Origin: Candidatus Omnitrophota bacterium
GTDB lineage: Bacteria; Omnitrophota; Omnitrophia; Omnitrophales; Aquincolibacteriaceae
NCBI GenBank assembly: GCA_043821445.1
Contig: JBDRCT010000013.1
Location: forward strand, 6,270-70,269
Reading direction: 5' to 3'
DNA length: 64,000 nucleotides
Below, in pieces: positions 62,901-64,000 of this stretch (the first letter of the stretch is position 1; each line of letters begins with the position of its first letter). The position numbers were made by a program, and so were the translations under genes. The notes below the pieces were generated by a model, which saw only the letters and a program-made list of their open reading frames with translations, searched no databases and was not told where the DNA came from.

Positions 62901-63147
62901 GCCGCTCCTTGGCAATGATCTTCTCAAGACTTTCAACGGTGAGGGGTTCAATGTAGGTCTGGTCCGCCATCTCCGGGTCGGTCATGATCGTGGCGGGATT
63001 GGAATTCACTAGCACGATCTCATACCCTTCTTTGCGAAGGGCCTTGCACGCCTGCGTTCCGGAGTAATCGAATTCGCAAGCCTGGCCGATAATGATGGGG
63101 CCCGAGCCGATGATCAGGATCTTTTTGATGTCATTGCGTCTTGGCAT
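59926..63147 (-). CDS. carB: carbamoyl-phosphate synthase large subunit, tandem paralog 1
   Basis: 1073 aa, full length. [30 protein letters not shown]; two ATP-grasp halves and an MGS-like domain. Lies immediately downstream of carA. Confidence 0.85.
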   Translation of the reverse strand: MPRRNDIKKILIIGSGPIIIGQACEFDYSGTQACKALRKEGYEIVLVNSNPATIMTDPEMADQTYIEPLTVESLEKIIAKERPDALLPNLGGQTGLNLSSALYKTGILEKYGVQIIGVKADAIERGEDREIFKTTMAQLGIPVPQSATANTVAECEAIAQKIGYPVVIRPAYTMGGTGGGIAYNVEDLRVIALRGLTVSIARQVLIEEAVIGWEELELEVVRDAKNQKITVCFIENVDAMGVHTGDSFCVAPMLTIAPELQKKLQEYSYKIVDAIGVVGGTNIQFAHNKKDGRVVVIEINPRTSRSSALASKATGFPIAMVSTRLAAGLTMDEIPYWRDGTLEKYTPSGDYVVVKFSRWAFEKFPKAKDILGTQMKAVGEVMSIGKDFKEAFQKAIRSLEIGRYGLGGAKDFKQLSEEQLRGRLAHPSSERIFLMYEALRNGLSVDELHCMTHIGEWFINEMKELVMFEEEILKHSWDKFTDKDLLKAKEWGFSDRYLAGLFKVSEAAIRERRIRLGKIARYEAVPVSGVENAAYYYSTYHPGKKDVAVSKNKKILILGGGPNRIGQGIEFDYTCVHAVFALRAAGYESIMINCNPETVSTDYDTANKLYFEPLTVEDVLAIYEKEKPEGVIVQFGGQTPLNVARQLKEAGVKILGTTPESIAFAEDRELFREKMIELGIPQPESGIARSLEEALVIAERIGYPLMVRPSFVLGGRGMEIIYDETMLRKYAIEAIKVSPEFPMLIDRFLEKALECEVDALADGSDTFVTTVMEHIEWAGVHSGDSACSIPSRTISKEHLDQIRDYTDKIAKALKVVGLINVQYAICDGKVYILEANPRASRTVPIVSKVTGVAIARIATEMMLGKKIKDFPQLKDVKALFFGVKEAVFPFNMFPEVDPILGPEMRATGEVMGVGDNFGAAFYKAQEATGAKLPLEGNVLLTVASKDKEMLSPIAKKLAALGFRIFATEHTSAFLTSQKIENTFIKKIHEGQPNIADAIKNGELHLIINTPEGRGSQADDSYIRMMAIQRKLPYVTSLAAAEATVAGITAAKKDKIVPKSLQDYYGVKKQLVTV

Positions 63148-63167
63148 AATATCCCTCGTTCCTTTTT

Positions 63168-64000
63168 TTAACCTGCGTGTTTGCTGACCAGTTCGTAAAA
63201 TCTTGTGAAGAGGTAGTCGCTATCGTGCGGCCCCGGGGCATTCTCAGGATGATATTGCACGCAGAAGATAGGATGTTTTTTGTGCCGGAACCCTTCGAGC
63301 GTTTTGTCATTTAAATTGACATGGGTCATTTCCACTTCATCTTTAGGCAACGAATCGATCGTCACCACAAAATTGTGGTTCTGGGAAGTGATCTCGATCT
63401 TCCGGGTCTTGAGGTCCATGACGGGCTGGTTATTGCCATGGTGCCCGAACTTGAGTTTTGAGGTCTTGCCGCCAAGGGCCTGCCCGATCATCTGATGACC
63501 GAGACAGATCCCGAACATCGGGACTTTGCCGATCAGTTTCCGGACGGTTTTAACCAGATATTGCACCGCCGCAGGATCGCCAGGACCATTCGCAAGAAAA
63601 ACACCTTGGGGTTGGTACGCCATGATCTCTCCCGCGGTCGCACTCGCCGGGACCACTTGAACGTTGAAGCCGTGCTGGTTGAGCTTCCGCAAGATGTTCC
63701 ATTTGACGCCGCTATCCACGGCCACGATCTTAAACTTTTTTTTCTGAAAATCCCCCCAGGCAAACTCTGCCGGCATGATCTCGTTGAATTCAAAGGGTTT
63801 TTGACAGGTCACTTCTTTAACGAGATCCACACTTTCAATGCCTTTGGATTTTTTAGCTTTTCGGACGAGTTTCTTGGGATCCAGCTCCCCAGTGGAAATA
63901 ATCGCTTTCTTCGCTCCCACGGTCCTGAGGTGCTTCACAAGCCTGCGGGTGTCGATCCCCTGGATGCCAAGGATATTGTATTGCTTTAAATATTGATCCA
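63168..64000 (-). CDS. carA: carbamoyl-phosphate synthase small subunit (glutamine amidotransferase), C-terminal portion; the gene continues past the window end
   Basis: Class I GATase triad region (FGICLGHQ, HPE). The N-terminal CPSase small-chain domain must lie beyond 64000. Confidence 0.8.
   Translation of the reverse strand, partial: DQYLKQYNILGIQGIDTRRLVKHLRTVGAKKAIISTGELDPKKLVRKAKKSKGIESVDLVKEVTCQKPFEFNEIMPAEFAWGDFQKKKFKIVAVDSGVKWNILRKLNQHGFNVQVVPASATAGEIMAYQPQGVFLANGPGDPAAVQYLVKTVRKLIGKVPMFGICLGHQMIGQALGGKTSKLKFGHHGNNQPVMDLKTRKIEITSQNHNFVVTIDSLPKDEVEMTHVNLNDKTLEGFRHKKHPIFCVQYHPENAPGPHDSDYLFTRFYELVSKHAG

Overview
This 64 kb window comes from a repeat-rich, moderately GC-rich Gram-negative genome, and almost every gene is on the minus strand. 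The most striking feature is one uninterrupted 19.4 kb ORF (9600..29042, minus strand) encoding a 6480-aa protein. It concatenates at least a dozen recognisable sugar and cyclitol-metabolism enzyme domains; the 5' end carries in-frame copies of the genome's small interspersed repeats. It lies directly downstream of an MsbA-like lipid exporter and next to lpxB and a Gfo/Idh/MocA (GnnA-like) oxidoreductase, so an envelope glycolipid role is plausible; the product cannot be assigned from sequence alone.

The giant protein's domains, in N-to-C order:
- UXS/ArnA-like short-chain dehydrogenase (SDR)
- GT2 polyprenyl-phosphate glycosyltransferase-like
- inositol monophosphatase
- APH-like kinase
- a second SDR epimerase/dehydratase
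- ROK sugar kinase
- dehydroquinate-synthase-like sugar-phosphate cyclase
- two HAD phosphatase modules (an internal duplication)
- a phosphoribosyltransferase-like fold
- a GT5/GT4 glycogen-synthase-like GT-B domain

Other content, start to end:
- The 5' part of valS, carrying an in-frame heptad-repeat insertion and an AT-rich mosaic segment.
- A threonine/isoleucine operon (hom-thrC-thrB-lysC-cimA) in which thrB is replaced by an ApgM-family cofactor-independent phosphoglycerate-mutase-like protein (a non-canonical homoserine kinase), preceded by a terminator/antiterminator leader.
- A complete Tad/Flp pilus locus: a vWA TadG-like protein, two tandem Flp pilins, CpaE, CpaF, TadB, TadC, a DUF192 protein, two TadE-like pseudopilins, a GGDEF protein, CpaB and the secretin CpaC. 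No prepilin peptidase is present in the window.
- gltB and gltD.
- A PPDK_N-domain phosphotransferase.
- carA (partial) followed by two full-length tandem carB genes.

At least four families of interspersed palindromic or heptad repeats occupy intergenic spacers and, unusually, sit in frame inside coding sequences. No rRNA, tRNA or CRISPR array was found. Most plus-strand ORFs in the track are antisense artefacts of a high-GC minus-strand coding region.
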